A DNA stretch of 64,000 bases, taken from the NCBI GenBank assembly GCA_041659505.1, contig JBAZYF010000002.1, positions 51,966 through 115,965 on the forward strand, read 5' to 3'. A program made the position numbers and the translations under genes. The stretch is from Parcubacteria group bacterium. Lineage in GTDB: Bacteria; Patescibacteriota; Minisyncoccia; Moranbacterales; UBA2206. Below, in pieces: positions 46,771-56,856 of this stretch (positions within the stretch are counted from its first letter, which is position 1; each line of letters begins with the position of its first letter). The notes below the pieces were generated by a model. That model was not told where the DNA came from. It saw only the letters and a program-made list of their open reading frames with translations, and ran no database searches.

Positions 46771-47863
46771 TTATACACCACCTTTCAAATATTTCAAATA
46801 GCTTTCCATGAACTCTTTCAAATCGCCTGCCAGAACTTCTTCGACTTGCGCCGTTTCCCATTTTGTCCGATGATCTTTGACTAATTTGTAAGGATGGATG
46901 ACGTAGGAACGGATCTGGCTGCCCCACTCGGCACTGGATTGTTCGCCGCGCAATTTTCTTTTTTCCGCCTCGCGCTCTTCTAGATATTTTTTATGCAATT
47001 TGGCTTTCAAAATTCGCATCGCCTGTTCTTTGTTTTGCAATTGACTCCGTTCATTTTGGCAAGATGCCACAGTTCCCGTCGGCAGATGCGTGATGCGCAC
47101 CGCACTGTCGGTTGTGTTCACGCTTTGCCCGCCCGCCCCACTTGAACGATAAACATCCACCCGCAAATCTTCCAGATTAATTTTCACTTCTTTGATTTCT
47201 CCGATAATCGGCAATACTTCCACCACCGAAAAAGAAGTTTGGCGCAGATTGTCAGAATTAAACGGCGAGAGTCGCACCAAACGATGTGTGCCCATCTCGC
47301 TTTTGAGGTAACCGTAGGCATACGCGCCCGTCACTTCCAAGGTTGCACTTTTGATTCCCGCTTCCTGCCCGCGCGTCTCATCAACCAGCTTCATCTTGAA
47401 CTTATTTTTCTCCCCCCATTTGAGGTACATCCGCAAAAGCATCTCCGACCAATCCTGCGCGTCCACTCCGCCTGCACCGGAATAGATGTTGAGAATCGCA
47501 TCATTATGGTCATATTCACCAGAAAGCAGCGTCTTAAACTCAAGCTCATCTATTTTCTTTTCCATTTCAGTTATTTTTTGCTCCAATTCCTTTTCGTCCT
47601 CGGCAGTTTCCGTCATTCCGGAAAATTCCACCAGCTCATCCAACTCTTTTTCCAAAGTTTCAAAATTTTCCACTTCCAGTTTTAATTCTTCTAGCTCTCG
47701 CATCACAACTGATGCCTGCTGATTATCACTCCAAAAATCAACGGCGCGCGTCTGATCCTCCAATTCTAAAATTCTTTGCTTTTTTTGCGCTAAGTCAAAG
47801 ACAGTCCCGAAGGTTCGGGAGTTTAATTTTTAGTTCAGTAATTTTTTTTACTTCGTTTTCCAT
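46771..47863 (-). CDS. prfB: peptide chain release factor 2 with programmed +1 frameshift (join 47863..47798, 47796..46771)
   Basis: GGQ and SPF motifs; ORF0 MENEVKKITELKIKLPNLRDCL ends at CTT-TGA-C, and the +1 frame joins the 342-codon body. Confidence 0.85.
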
Positions 47864-47867
47864 AATG

Positions 47868-48611
47868 TTATTCTGCTAACAGTATTGCTAACATTAGCCC
47901 GATTCCGACCAAAAAAGCAAGGACTTGCAGAATGCCTTTTTTCGCTTCATTGTGTTTGTGAAGTTCGGGAATCAGATCGGTTCCGGCGATATAAATAAAT
48001 CCACCTGCGGCAAACGGAACTAAAAAACCTTCTAATCCATCAATCTTCAAATCAAAACTCAGGATCAAGAGCGCGCCTGCCACTGCAGTCAATGCGCTTA
48101 GAAAATTCAAAAATAGGGCTTTTTTACGGGTAAAACCGCCATAAATCAATGACGCAAAATCACCAATTTCCTGCGGAATTTCATGAAAAATAACTGCCAC
48201 GGTTGTCGCGATTCCTACGGGAATACTGACTAAATAGCTCGCGCCGATGACCATTCCATCAACAAAATTATGCAGCGAATCACCCACAAGGATGATGTAG
48301 GAAAAAGGGTGTGGATGATCCGCGCAAGGTTCTTCATGGCAATGACGCCAATGAATCACCTTTTCCATGACAAAAAAAACCAAAATACCAAAAAGAATAA
48401 AGAGCGAAACTAGAACACTATTTTCAGAACCTTCATAAGCTTCAGGAATAAGATGAATAAACGCGTCACCCATTAAGGTCCCGGCCGAAAGGCTGACGAG
48501 ATAAATCAGATATTTATATAATTTTTTATGATCGATTGACAGCGTGAAAACGCCGATGAGTGAAATCAGACTGACGATAAAAACTGAAATTAAAGTATAA
48601 ATCCAAACCAT
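47868..48611 (-). CDS. ZIP-family metal transporter (ZupT-like)
   Basis: HNFVDGMVIGASY and HEIPQEIGDFASL motifs, 8 TM. Confidence 0.8.
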   Translation of the reverse strand: MVWIYTLISVFIVSLISLIGVFTLSIDHKKLYKYLIYLVSLSAGTLMGDAFIHLIPEAYEGSENSVLVSLFILFGILVFFVMEKVIHWRHCHEEPCADHPHPFSYIILVGDSLHNFVDGMVIGASYLVSIPVGIATTVAVIFHEIPQEIGDFASLIYGGFTRKKALFLNFLSALTAVAGALLILSFDLKIDGLEGFLVPFAAGGFIYIAGTDLIPELHKHNEAKKGILQVLAFLVGIGLMLAILLAE

Positions 48612-48743
48612 AACAAAATCAAAATTTAAAAATCAAAAATCAAAATGACAATTCAAAATACAAAATTAAATAATTTTATTCATTTTAAATTTTTATCTGT
48701 CATTTTTCATTTTGAGATTTGCATTTTTCATTATTCTATTTTT

Positions 48744-49262
48744 TTAAACAAAATTCTTAATCAATTCTATATGTCCCATCTCCGCCTGCATGATTGCTCC
48801 AAAAAATTTCCTAATATTAACCTCCTGAGCTTCTCCGGCAAATTTTTTATATAGCTCAACAGCGTGATCTTCCAACTCAATTGTTTTTTTAAAATTCTCG
48901 ACGTCTTCGCTGGAACATTCTTCCGGTTTAATTTCCGGCATCGCCATTTTCAAAAGTTTGGTCACGATAATCGCGTGTTCCAATTCCACTTTCGCCAAGC
49001 GTTTATACATCTTGATGATCGGATAATCTTTGGCTTGACCGGCCATGCACAGATAGATTGCATTGGCCCGCGTTTCCAGCGCCAATGTTTCCAAAAGATT
49101 CTTTTTGGAAAGCTCACTGATTTCCGCTTGCACTTCAGCCACAGGCTCGGCCTCATTGCCCGATTTAATAAAATGCCCCTTCGCCCCACAAAACGGACAA
49201 TCACTCGGCTTTTCAACACCGATATAAGCATCCCCGCAAATTTCACAGATGTATAATTTCAT
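48744..49262 (-). CDS. reverse rubrerythrin (N-terminal rubredoxin-like domain plus di-iron ferritin-like domain)
   Basis: N-terminal CEICG..CPFCG Cys4 site; ferritin-like ELEHAIIV and EMGHIELI EX2H motifs. Confidence 0.7.
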   Translation of the reverse strand: MKLYICEICGDAYIGVEKPSDCPFCGAKGHFIKSGNEAEPVAEVQAEISELSKKNLLETLALETRANAIYLCMAGQAKDYPIIKMYKRLAKVELEHAIIVTKLLKMAMPEIKPEECSSEDVENFKKTIELEDHAVELYKKFAGEAQEVNIRKFFGAIMQAEMGHIELIKNFV

Positions 49263-49279
49263 ATGGTTTTTAAAAAAAA

Positions 49280-50950
49280 TTAATTATTCCAACTCCAATT
49301 ATAGCTAGGAACTTCGTCTGTAGATGGAAAATATTTATCGACCAAATTTTGTGCGATGGAAACAAACCGCCGTTGAGTTTTATCTTTATTTTTTATTCCC
49401 TTAGCAACTTCATTTTCGGCAAAGCCCATATTTGATTTTTCGCTTCTTTTTGAAATTTTATTTTTCAGCTTCCAGTCAACTAATGCTTTTGTTGGATCTC
49501 CACCCGCATAATACACAATATGTTTTGGCTTAGATTCTGGATGTTGTTGAAAATAATTTTCCCAATATTCAGAAGAAGGTATAGTGTTTTCTGCGAGTCG
49601 ATAGGGATTCAATTCATTTTCTTGAAAGTGTTTCGTTAAAATTTTTTCATATTCTTTCTTTTCATTTTTTGCACCCCATATATTAACCAATTTTTTGCGC
49701 AATTCTTTATCCGCCAAACATTTAGCCGAATCTGTGTTTTTAATTCCATAATCCCTAAACACTTCCTTAATTTTTTCAATTTGTTCCGCTGAATCAAGGC
49801 CATCTGCCTCTTCCGCTTTTCTAACTAAATCTTGAACAAAACCTGGTTTTTCACCAAATCTTGCCAATAATATTTCTTTGATTCCTTCTGACAGCTGAAT
49901 TTCTTTGTTTTGATCTAAATAATACTTTGATCCACTTTCTGCGTCAACCTTTGCATCTTGAGGAATAAACGCGAAACCCGCGTCAAGCGGTAATCCCTTT
50001 TCAATATCCGGCCAAATAAATTGGTCATTATTGCTACTGGTTGATGATAAATTTCCAGAAAATTCATACTGAGAAGCAATCATAGCCGAAGGAAAAGCAA
50101 AAAAAATCTCATTTCCGCTTTCAGAGCCATAAAAACTATCCGCCACTTCTTCGGTAGCAAGATGAATTGCACTTGAATCGGCAAAAGCATGTGGATCTCC
50201 TGTCACTGCCGCGTCAAGATGAACATGTATTCTACCTAATGCAGCATTACGATTCGGACAATCATCAAATTTCAAAAAATTAGCAATAGCCTGCTCCTTA
50301 GTGTTTTCTTGAAGAGCAATGCCAACCGCCGATCTAAGTTCTTTTTTTGCCAATACCACATTCAGCGTGTCACTATGTTCTCCAAGACCTTTTTGATGAT
50401 TACCAAGATTCGCATGATCTCTTACTCCGTGTCTAGTCACATGCGTCAACATCTCACCAGGAAACCGCTGAAGAAGTGTCACATAATCCTCCATTGAAAG
50501 TGAAGACAAATGATCTTCTGTAAAATTTTGAGCAATATCTTCCCTGGAATATGGCATTTCCGCCCATTTCTTTTTTTCTTTAGCATAAAAATCAGCAACC
50601 ATCAGTCTCGTTTCTTCAAGATCCTGCCTACCAGGCATCACTTCTGCGAGCTCATCTTCGATTTGGGATTGTTTGCCAAGTTGCGCATTCAATTCTCCTT
50701 TAATTTTTTTGATTGCAAAAAAATCTTTTATTTTTATAAAAAACGACGCACTATTATGATCTTCAACTTGATCGCGTAAGACTTCCAATTGTTTAACGAT
50801 TTCGCTTTTTTCTTGCTCTTTCTTTTCAACAGCATCCTTATCTTCAAAGTGCTTTTTTCTTTTTTCGCGAATTTCTTGAGCAAGTTGACTTCGTTCTTCC
50901 GGAGATTCCTTTTTCGAAAAATCTCTGATAAATCTTGGTTGTTCATTCAT
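49280..50950 (-). CDS. hypothetical protein (556 aa)
   Basis: long ORF with Lys/Glu-rich coiled-coil N-terminus; no motif recognised. Confidence 0.4.
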   Translation of the reverse strand: MNEQPRFIRDFSKKESPEERSQLAQEIREKRKKHFEDKDAVEKKEQEKSEIVKQLEVLRDQVEDHNSASFFIKIKDFFAIKKIKGELNAQLGKQSQIEDELAEVMPGRQDLEETRLMVADFYAKEKKKWAEMPYSREDIAQNFTEDHLSSLSMEDYVTLLQRFPGEMLTHVTRHGVRDHANLGNHQKGLGEHSDTLNVVLAKKELRSAVGIALQENTKEQAIANFLKFDDCPNRNAALGRIHVHLDAAVTGDPHAFADSSAIHLATEEVADSFYGSESGNEIFFAFPSAMIASQYEFSGNLSSTSSNNDQFIWPDIEKGLPLDAGFAFIPQDAKVDAESGSKYYLDQNKEIQLSEGIKEILLARFGEKPGFVQDLVRKAEEADGLDSAEQIEKIKEVFRDYGIKNTDSAKCLADKELRKKLVNIWGAKNEKKEYEKILTKHFQENELNPYRLAENTIPSSEYWENYFQQHPESKPKHIVYYAGGDPTKALVDWKLKNKISKRSEKSNMGFAENEVAKGIKNKDKTQRRFVSIAQNLVDKYFPSTDEVPSYNWSWNN

Positions 50951-51015
50951 ATTTTTTTCGTATCAGTTGAATTATTTCCAATTTTATTCTACTATATATT
51001 AGTACTGCCAAAAAA

Positions 51016-51091
51016 GCCATCTTAGCTCAGTTGGTAGAGCGACGGTATCGTAAACCGTAGGTCATCAGTTCGATCCTGATAGATGGCTCCA
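51016..51091 (+). tRNA. tRNA-Thr (anticodon CGT), CCA encoded
   Basis: acceptor GCCATCT/AGATGGC, D-arm GCTC-AGTTGGTA-GAGC, anticodon stem ACGGT/ACCGT with loop ATCGTAA, T-arm ATCAG-TTCGATC-CTGAT, 3' TCCA. Confidence 0.8.
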
Positions 51092-51101
51092 AATAAACCT
51101 T

Positions 51102-53243
51102 TTATTCCGGCATCGTCGCGTTAAGCACAACATCCACCCGCTTTTCATTGAGCGGTATTTTGTTCACAAAAACCGGTGGCCAATATTCCACTTCGGCTTT
51201 TTCAATATTGGAATAAGTTTTCAGATAGTCGGCCAGTTCCTCGCTATTTTTTCCCAAAAGACCTTTTTTTAGATTTGCCAGATCAAGATTCGGTTGCATC
51301 ACGTTTGAAGCATGCATCTTAATCTCAATAGTTTCCGCCTTAAAATCGGGAACCGCTTTCCCATAATCAATAATCACCGACCCAGCATCGATATTAATCT
51401 TTCCATTGCCCGATTTAGAGATTGCAGAATTAGCAATTTTTTTAGCATCACTTTCAAAAAAAACCAACGCACGTACGTGTGCAGAGACCTTAATCTCAAA
51501 ACTATTAGTCGTCTCCCCTTCTGAATTAGACAAGCGATACACTGGCTCCTCGATCGCGATTGCATCATCCAAAATTATCGTACCAGAATCAGCAGAATCC
51601 TTCACTTTTTGCTTGACCGTGCTATTTATTTCCAAAGAAAGCTTATCTTTAGCATCACTGATATCCTTTGCTGTTACGACAGTAACTTCTTCATTTCCAT
51701 CCCCGCCACCTGACATAGCAACGGAAGATTTAGCATAAATCTTGGCGTACTTATCATTTTCGCTGTTTTTAAACCCGGGGATGGAAAAAGTTGTTGCGCC
51801 AATATTATATCCACTCCCCGCCTCGTCGGCTACAACTTCCGCCTCAACTACGCCCGGCTTAACTTCTCCGCTGACGCTGGTTGTTCCGGGAATGGTCACG
51901 CCTTGCACCAAGCGAAACACTTTTTGGTCATCCGTCATAAAGCGAGTCGTAGCCACCAATGGCTGAGGTGAAGAACTGAATTCATTATAAATCGTAATTT
52001 TTCCTTTGGCTTTTTGATTAGAGGCGTTTTTCTTGCCGGTCGCATTGAACGTTTTTGCCACTTCCTCATCGAACTCCAAAAGCTTTGCCGGAATCTCTGA
52101 TTTTTCATAATCAATGCCTTCGCTATTCACATTTCCCAAAAGCTCCATATCAACCGATTTGACTTCTTTTTTGGCTGAAATGGTAATGGTCGCCTTAGGA
52201 ACATACAAATAGGCCACATAAAGCAACCCAGCAGAAAAAGCGATCGCGCCCAAAATTGCCAGCACTCTAAGAAATTTACTGCCTCCACTACCTTTTTGCC
52301 CGCCGGCTTTTTCTGAATAATCCGTTTTATTTTTATCGGAAAAACTATTGGCATAAAAAAACTTTTCCAACTGCTGGTCTCGCGGATCGGTCTTTTTTCC
52401 CGGCGTGGAATTGTCCGGTTCATCTTGAAGATAATTCGGTCTGGTTTTGCTATAGGGAATTGGAAAATCATCCGTTGCTTCCGGTGGAGGCGTCGAAACA
52501 GTCTTTCTCGACATAGGGCGAATTGCACTATTTTGCACACCAAAAGCACCCAGTTCGCCAGCGACCGCCACACGAGTATTTGTCCGCAATGCCACTCTTT
52601 TGGGCACAGCAACAGGACGCGTAGCAACCGAAACGTCCATAGAAGAAATTCTTCCTTTATTGGGAAATCCATCTTCTTGACTATCCGATGCTCGATCAAA
52701 CTCATTTTTTTTATTACTAATTGAATCGCTTGTCAGCACAGGCCTTTCTCCTTTTATTTCTTCCAGCTCCTTCCAGTCATTTTCGCGACTAGTAAAGTTA
52801 TCTGTCTCATTATTGGATACGAAAAAATCCGCCGAACCGATTTTTTCCAATCTTCTTTTATTATACTCATCGGGATTTTCCAATTCAGCTGTTTCAATTT
52901 CTTTTTTCAACTCTCCTTTTTTTGGTTGAAATTTCCGGTTATCCATAGAATCAACAGCCACTTCTTCATAATCATCTTCTACTTTTTGTTGGATAGAAAT
53001 CCCCGCCTTTTGGATCAAAAGCTTTCCAAGTTTATCTTGAGTGACGATGCTTACCTTCAAACCAAGATTATCCGCCTCCTTACGCAAGAGTTTCAAGTTA
53101 ACGATGCTTTGGATCAGCAAGGCTCTTTTTGGTACGACAAGTACCGCTTCCGGCGCCTCGGCCTTTCTGAGCTTTTCCACGATCGAAGTTATTTCTTCAT
53201 CGATGTCGATATAAAATGTCTGATGCATATATGTCTGAACCAC
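51102..53243 (-). CDS. hypothetical bitopic membrane protein (cytoplasmic N-domain, low-complexity linker, TM, large extracytoplasmic domain)
   Basis: 713 aa; single TM (FLRVLAILGAIAFSAGLLYVAYLYV) mid-protein; co-oriented behind the FtsA-like gene. Confidence 0.45.
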   Translation of the reverse strand: MVQTYMHQTFYIDIDEEITSIVEKLRKAEAPEAVLVVPKRALLIQSIVNLKLLRKEADNLGLKVSIVTQDKLGKLLIQKAGISIQQKVEDDYEEVAVDSMDNRKFQPKKGELKKEIETAELENPDEYNKRRLEKIGSADFFVSNNETDNFTSRENDWKELEEIKGERPVLTSDSISNKKNEFDRASDSQEDGFPNKGRISSMDVSVATRPVAVPKRVALRTNTRVAVAGELGAFGVQNSAIRPMSRKTVSTPPPEATDDFPIPYSKTRPNYLQDEPDNSTPGKKTDPRDQQLEKFFYANSFSDKNKTDYSEKAGGQKGSGGSKFLRVLAILGAIAFSAGLLYVAYLYVPKATITISAKKEVKSVDMELLGNVNSEGIDYEKSEIPAKLLEFDEEVAKTFNATGKKNASNQKAKGKITIYNEFSSSPQPLVATTRFMTDDQKVFRLVQGVTIPGTTSVSGEVKPGVVEAEVVADEAGSGYNIGATTFSIPGFKNSENDKYAKIYAKSSVAMSGGGDGNEEVTVVTAKDISDAKDKLSLEINSTVKQKVKDSADSGTIILDDAIAIEEPVYRLSNSEGETTNSFEIKVSAHVRALVFFESDAKKIANSAISKSGNGKINIDAGSVIIDYGKAVPDFKAETIEIKMHASNVMQPNLDLANLKKGLLGKNSEELADYLKTYSNIEKAEVEYWPPVFVNKIPLNEKRVDVVLNATMPE

Positions 53244-53323
53244 TGATTAGCACATGAACGCACTGATTTCACAGATTAAATCATGTGTAATCAGAGTAAT
53301 CAGTGTTAATCTGTGGTTCTGAA

Positions 53324-54592
53324 TTATTTTTGAATCATTTTCACTGCTCTTCTTAATATCCCTGCCAGCACTTTTTCCTCCCCGACGATTTCCAAAACGA
53401 GATTGGCCAACCCCATTGGGGTAATGTCTTGCGGATCGCGAAGCATCCTGGTTTCATCGAAAATATTCACCACATCTTTGGGTTGCAAAAAACTGATCGT
53501 TGGCTCTTTGGCAAAAGGCAAAGTCTTGGTCCAGCGAGAAGTCAGAAGCGCTTTTTTGATTCCCGGCAATCCCGAACCACCACCGCAAAGGAATACCCGA
53601 TTTGGTAACATATCATTATCAGAAAATTCAGAGAGTGACAATTCCACTCCAGACAGCCAAACATTGCAATCATCAACAAACATCTTTTCAATTTTTTCAG
53701 AAACATCATCCCCCAACTTTCCTTCCGCATAACGAATTTTGAACGCTTCCGCCTCTTCAAACCCGACGCCCAGTTCCACCGCCAATCTTTTGGTAAAAGC
53801 CCGTCCACCCAAAGCAAACATTTTCGTGCCTTCCAGTCCACCATTGCGCACCAGCGCGATATCGGTCGTTCCTCCCCCAATATCAACAAAAATCGCACTG
53901 AAATCAACCACATCATCCACGCCCATCGATTTGGCTACGGCATATGGCTCGGCAGCGATAGAAAGCAGATCAAGCTTTAGAGCATCCGCAATCGACTGCA
54001 ATGCGCCCAAATGTACCATTGGCGCGTATGCATTAAAAACAGAGATGGAAACATCCTTGCCTTGAAAGCCCAAAGGATTGGTGATTTTATAGCCATCAAT
54101 CCGCACATCGACAATCGCCGCATTGATCAATTTTACTTCAATTTCACTGTGACCGGTTTCCCAAGCCAACTGCTGACGGATACGATCAAAAGCTTTCCAC
54201 TGGACTTTTTGAATGATATTTTTCAGTTCCGGAAAATCGATTCGCATTTCCGGCTTAATTCGCTCATAGTGCACGGTCGTTGTCGTTCCTTTCACTAGTT
54301 CTCCGGCAATCCCCACGATCGCTTTTTCCACTTTTTTGATCCCGGCCATTTTCACCGCCAAATCAATCGCGCGCTGACAATTCTCAATCACGCCGGAAAT
54401 ATCCGAGACAGCGCCACTATGCATATCCTTCAGTCCTTGTCGCGCCCGCCCAACGCCTTTCACGATTCCTGTGCTATTCTCAGAGTCCACTTTGAACACA
54501 AGCGCCTTGACCACTTCGGTACCAATATCAAGCGAAAGATAATAATCTGATGAAGATTTTCCAGTACTAAAAATTTTAGAAAAGATTCCCAT
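53324..54592 (-). CDS. ftsA: actin-like ATPase, FtsA-like (PilM not excluded)
   Basis: LDIGTEVVKALV phosphate-1, IVGIAGE, VDIGGGTTDIALV phosphate-2, insert resembling FtsA subdomain 1C. Confidence 0.6.
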   Translation of the reverse strand: MGIFSKIFSTGKSSSDYYLSLDIGTEVVKALVFKVDSENSTGIVKGVGRARQGLKDMHSGAVSDISGVIENCQRAIDLAVKMAGIKKVEKAIVGIAGELVKGTTTTVHYERIKPEMRIDFPELKNIIQKVQWKAFDRIRQQLAWETGHSEIEVKLINAAIVDVRIDGYKITNPLGFQGKDVSISVFNAYAPMVHLGALQSIADALKLDLLSIAAEPYAVAKSMGVDDVVDFSAIFVDIGGGTTDIALVRNGGLEGTKMFALGGRAFTKRLAVELGVGFEEAEAFKIRYAEGKLGDDVSEKIEKMFVDDCNVWLSGVELSLSEFSDNDMLPNRVFLCGGGSGLPGIKKALLTSRWTKTLPFAKEPTISFLQPKDVVNIFDETRMLRDPQDITPMGLANLVLEIVGEEKVLAGILRRAVKMIQK

Positions 54593-54669
54593 TGAAAAAA
54601 ATATTTTTACTTTAACTCCAATGGTTTAATTATAAAACAAAAGCTGATTTATTACAAATACGGAATTTA

Positions 54670-56831
54670 TTATTTAAAGATTTTTGCATCAGTCAAAAGT
54701 GCCGAAGCATAAATAGAAAAGACATCAAAAAATTCCAAGTCTTGGTTGGAAAAATCTGGCTTACTCTTGAAACCCAAAAAGATAAATGCTTTTGGTTTGC
54801 TTTTCAAGTACAGTGGTAGCAACATGCAATATTTCAACTTTTTATTTGCGCTGAGTTTTCCCAGTGGCAGATCCTTACAATATCCACGCGCGCAAGATCG
54901 AGCTTGAGCTAAAACTTTCAAAAGTTCTCGGCTCTGCGCTGAGAGACTTCTGATTTCTGCCGGAGTATAATTTTTTGCATCCGTGGCAGATAGCAACCTG
55001 AGCGCGCGCCCATTAACATCTTCGTATTTAAACAATGCCCCAAACCCAGCTGAGGAAAAATTAACCAAAGGACTAAGCATCCGCTCCAGGATTATTTTTT
55101 TTCGGTTTTTATAGCGCACAATCAACTGACTAAGTTCAGAAAGAAAGGAGATTCTCCGATTTATCGTACCGGCGTGCTGGTAGGATTCCAGCAGTTGTTC
55201 TTCTTTCAATTTCCGATCTGTCACATCATTGCCGACTGACAAAATTCCTTCCAGCTTACCCTGCTTGTCATAGAGCGCGCAATTGCGCCAGACGAGCCAG
55301 ACCCGCTCGCCGGTTTTTTTAATATTTTCATTTTCATTTTTCGTATAGTGCCCGGGATTTTTGATGATATCTTTCATCATCAGCGCCAAGTCCCGTCCGG
55401 ATGATTCCGTCTTGGGAATGATAGTGCCTACGGAATTGCGTCCGATAATTTCTTCTTTGCGATAACCAAAAAATTTCTCTGCAAATTCATTAAAAAAGGT
55501 GATGTGACCCCGCGTATCCAATCGTAAGATGACACTATTGACATTCTCGACCAATTCCCGATATTTTCTTTCGCTACCAATCAATTTATCCGTCGCATTA
55601 AATTTTTCCGCTCCTTCTCCGACTAGCGGAGTCAATGATTCAATCCGCCCTATTAGCTCCTGCGAAAACGCATCTTTCTTGTCATCTGCGAGATGTATTG
55701 CTCCAATAATATCCTTTTTACCATAAATCGGAATAAAAGCGACTGAGCAGTAATCCCCCCCCGAAAACATTTGATGCAATATCTATTCTGCTCTTTTCTC
55801 TTGCGCCCTGAGATATAGCCCAAACAGTCACCGGTATAAAAAGATTTTCCCTCCGTCTTACTGGAAATAGCTTGGATGCAGACACATCTTTTTCCATCTG
55901 CACCAACCACTGGCAAGTTTTGATCAGAACTATGATTAGGATTGGCATAAGAATCATACGGCAAATAACCATTCTGATCAAAAATTTTTATGCAGATATG
56001 TCTGCTTCGGGTAAGTTTTTTTACATACTCTAAAACAGCGTCAAAGTAGCTTGATCTAGAATCGGCCCTATTTGATAATCGTAGCAGCTTATTAGTTGTT
56101 AAGAGGTATCTTCTCGCCCGATCGTGACTTTGGCGTAATCGCAGACTCGAAACTCCAAAGGCGAGATCATCCGCTAATTCTTTCAAAAGAGCCGTTTCTT
56201 TATTGCTAAACGCATCTTGATCCTGGGCATAGATTGTCAGCGCTCCGAAAACATCCCCACTAGCGCCTTTATCCTCGAGTGGCAGTGCAATCGAAGAGGC
56301 AAAACCCCTTTTTAGTGCTTCTTTCCTCCAAGGAGCAAGTGCCAAGTCATCCGAAAGATATTGACCGTACTGAATCTTTCGCTCACGAATGGCGCGTCCG
56401 GTCGGACCTTGTCCGCGCAATGTTTTTTCCGACCAGCTAATATTGGCTTTCTCCAAATAACCTTCTTCGAAGCCGGTCTGCGCCACAGGAAGAACGTTTT
56501 TTTCCAAATCTTGCTCGGCACTACCCACCCAAGCCATCCGGTAACCACCAATTTTCACGATGATCCGACAAATATCCTTGAGCAGTTTTTTTTCTTGTTG
56601 AGCATGCACCAGCGCAACATTGCAAGCACTGAGCATTGATATATCTCGATTATGTTTTGCGAGTTCCGCCGTGCGTTCACTTACCCGCTTTTCTAATTCC
56701 TCATTAAGTTTTTTCAAATTCCGCTCCGCTTCAATGTGTTTTGTTTTATTATCAGCAACAAACTTATTTTTTTGTTCTCTTTTCATAGCGTTATTCCTAC
56801 CCCCCGCTAATTTATGCCTTCGAGATAACAC
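54670..56831 (-). pseudogene. GAF-GAF-PAS-GAF sensor protein split by a frameshift at a G8 tract (track ORFs 55653..56831 and 54670..55779)
   Basis: the two ORFs overlap by 127 nt; frames meet at CCCCCCCC (55755-55762); one extra G gives continuous ..YCIKCFRGGDYCSVAFIPIYGKKDIIGAIHLADD.. GAF sequence. Confidence 0.6.
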
Positions 56832-56856
56832 AAGATCCGCTCAATGGTAAAAAAAA

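Noticed and set aside
53324-54592. Interpreting the actin-like ATPase as part of a type IV pilus (PilM) locus
   Set aside because: No pilN/pilO/pilQ-sized genes follow it. The downstream gene is a 713-aa bitopic protein, so FtsA-like is the more conservative call and remains uncertain.
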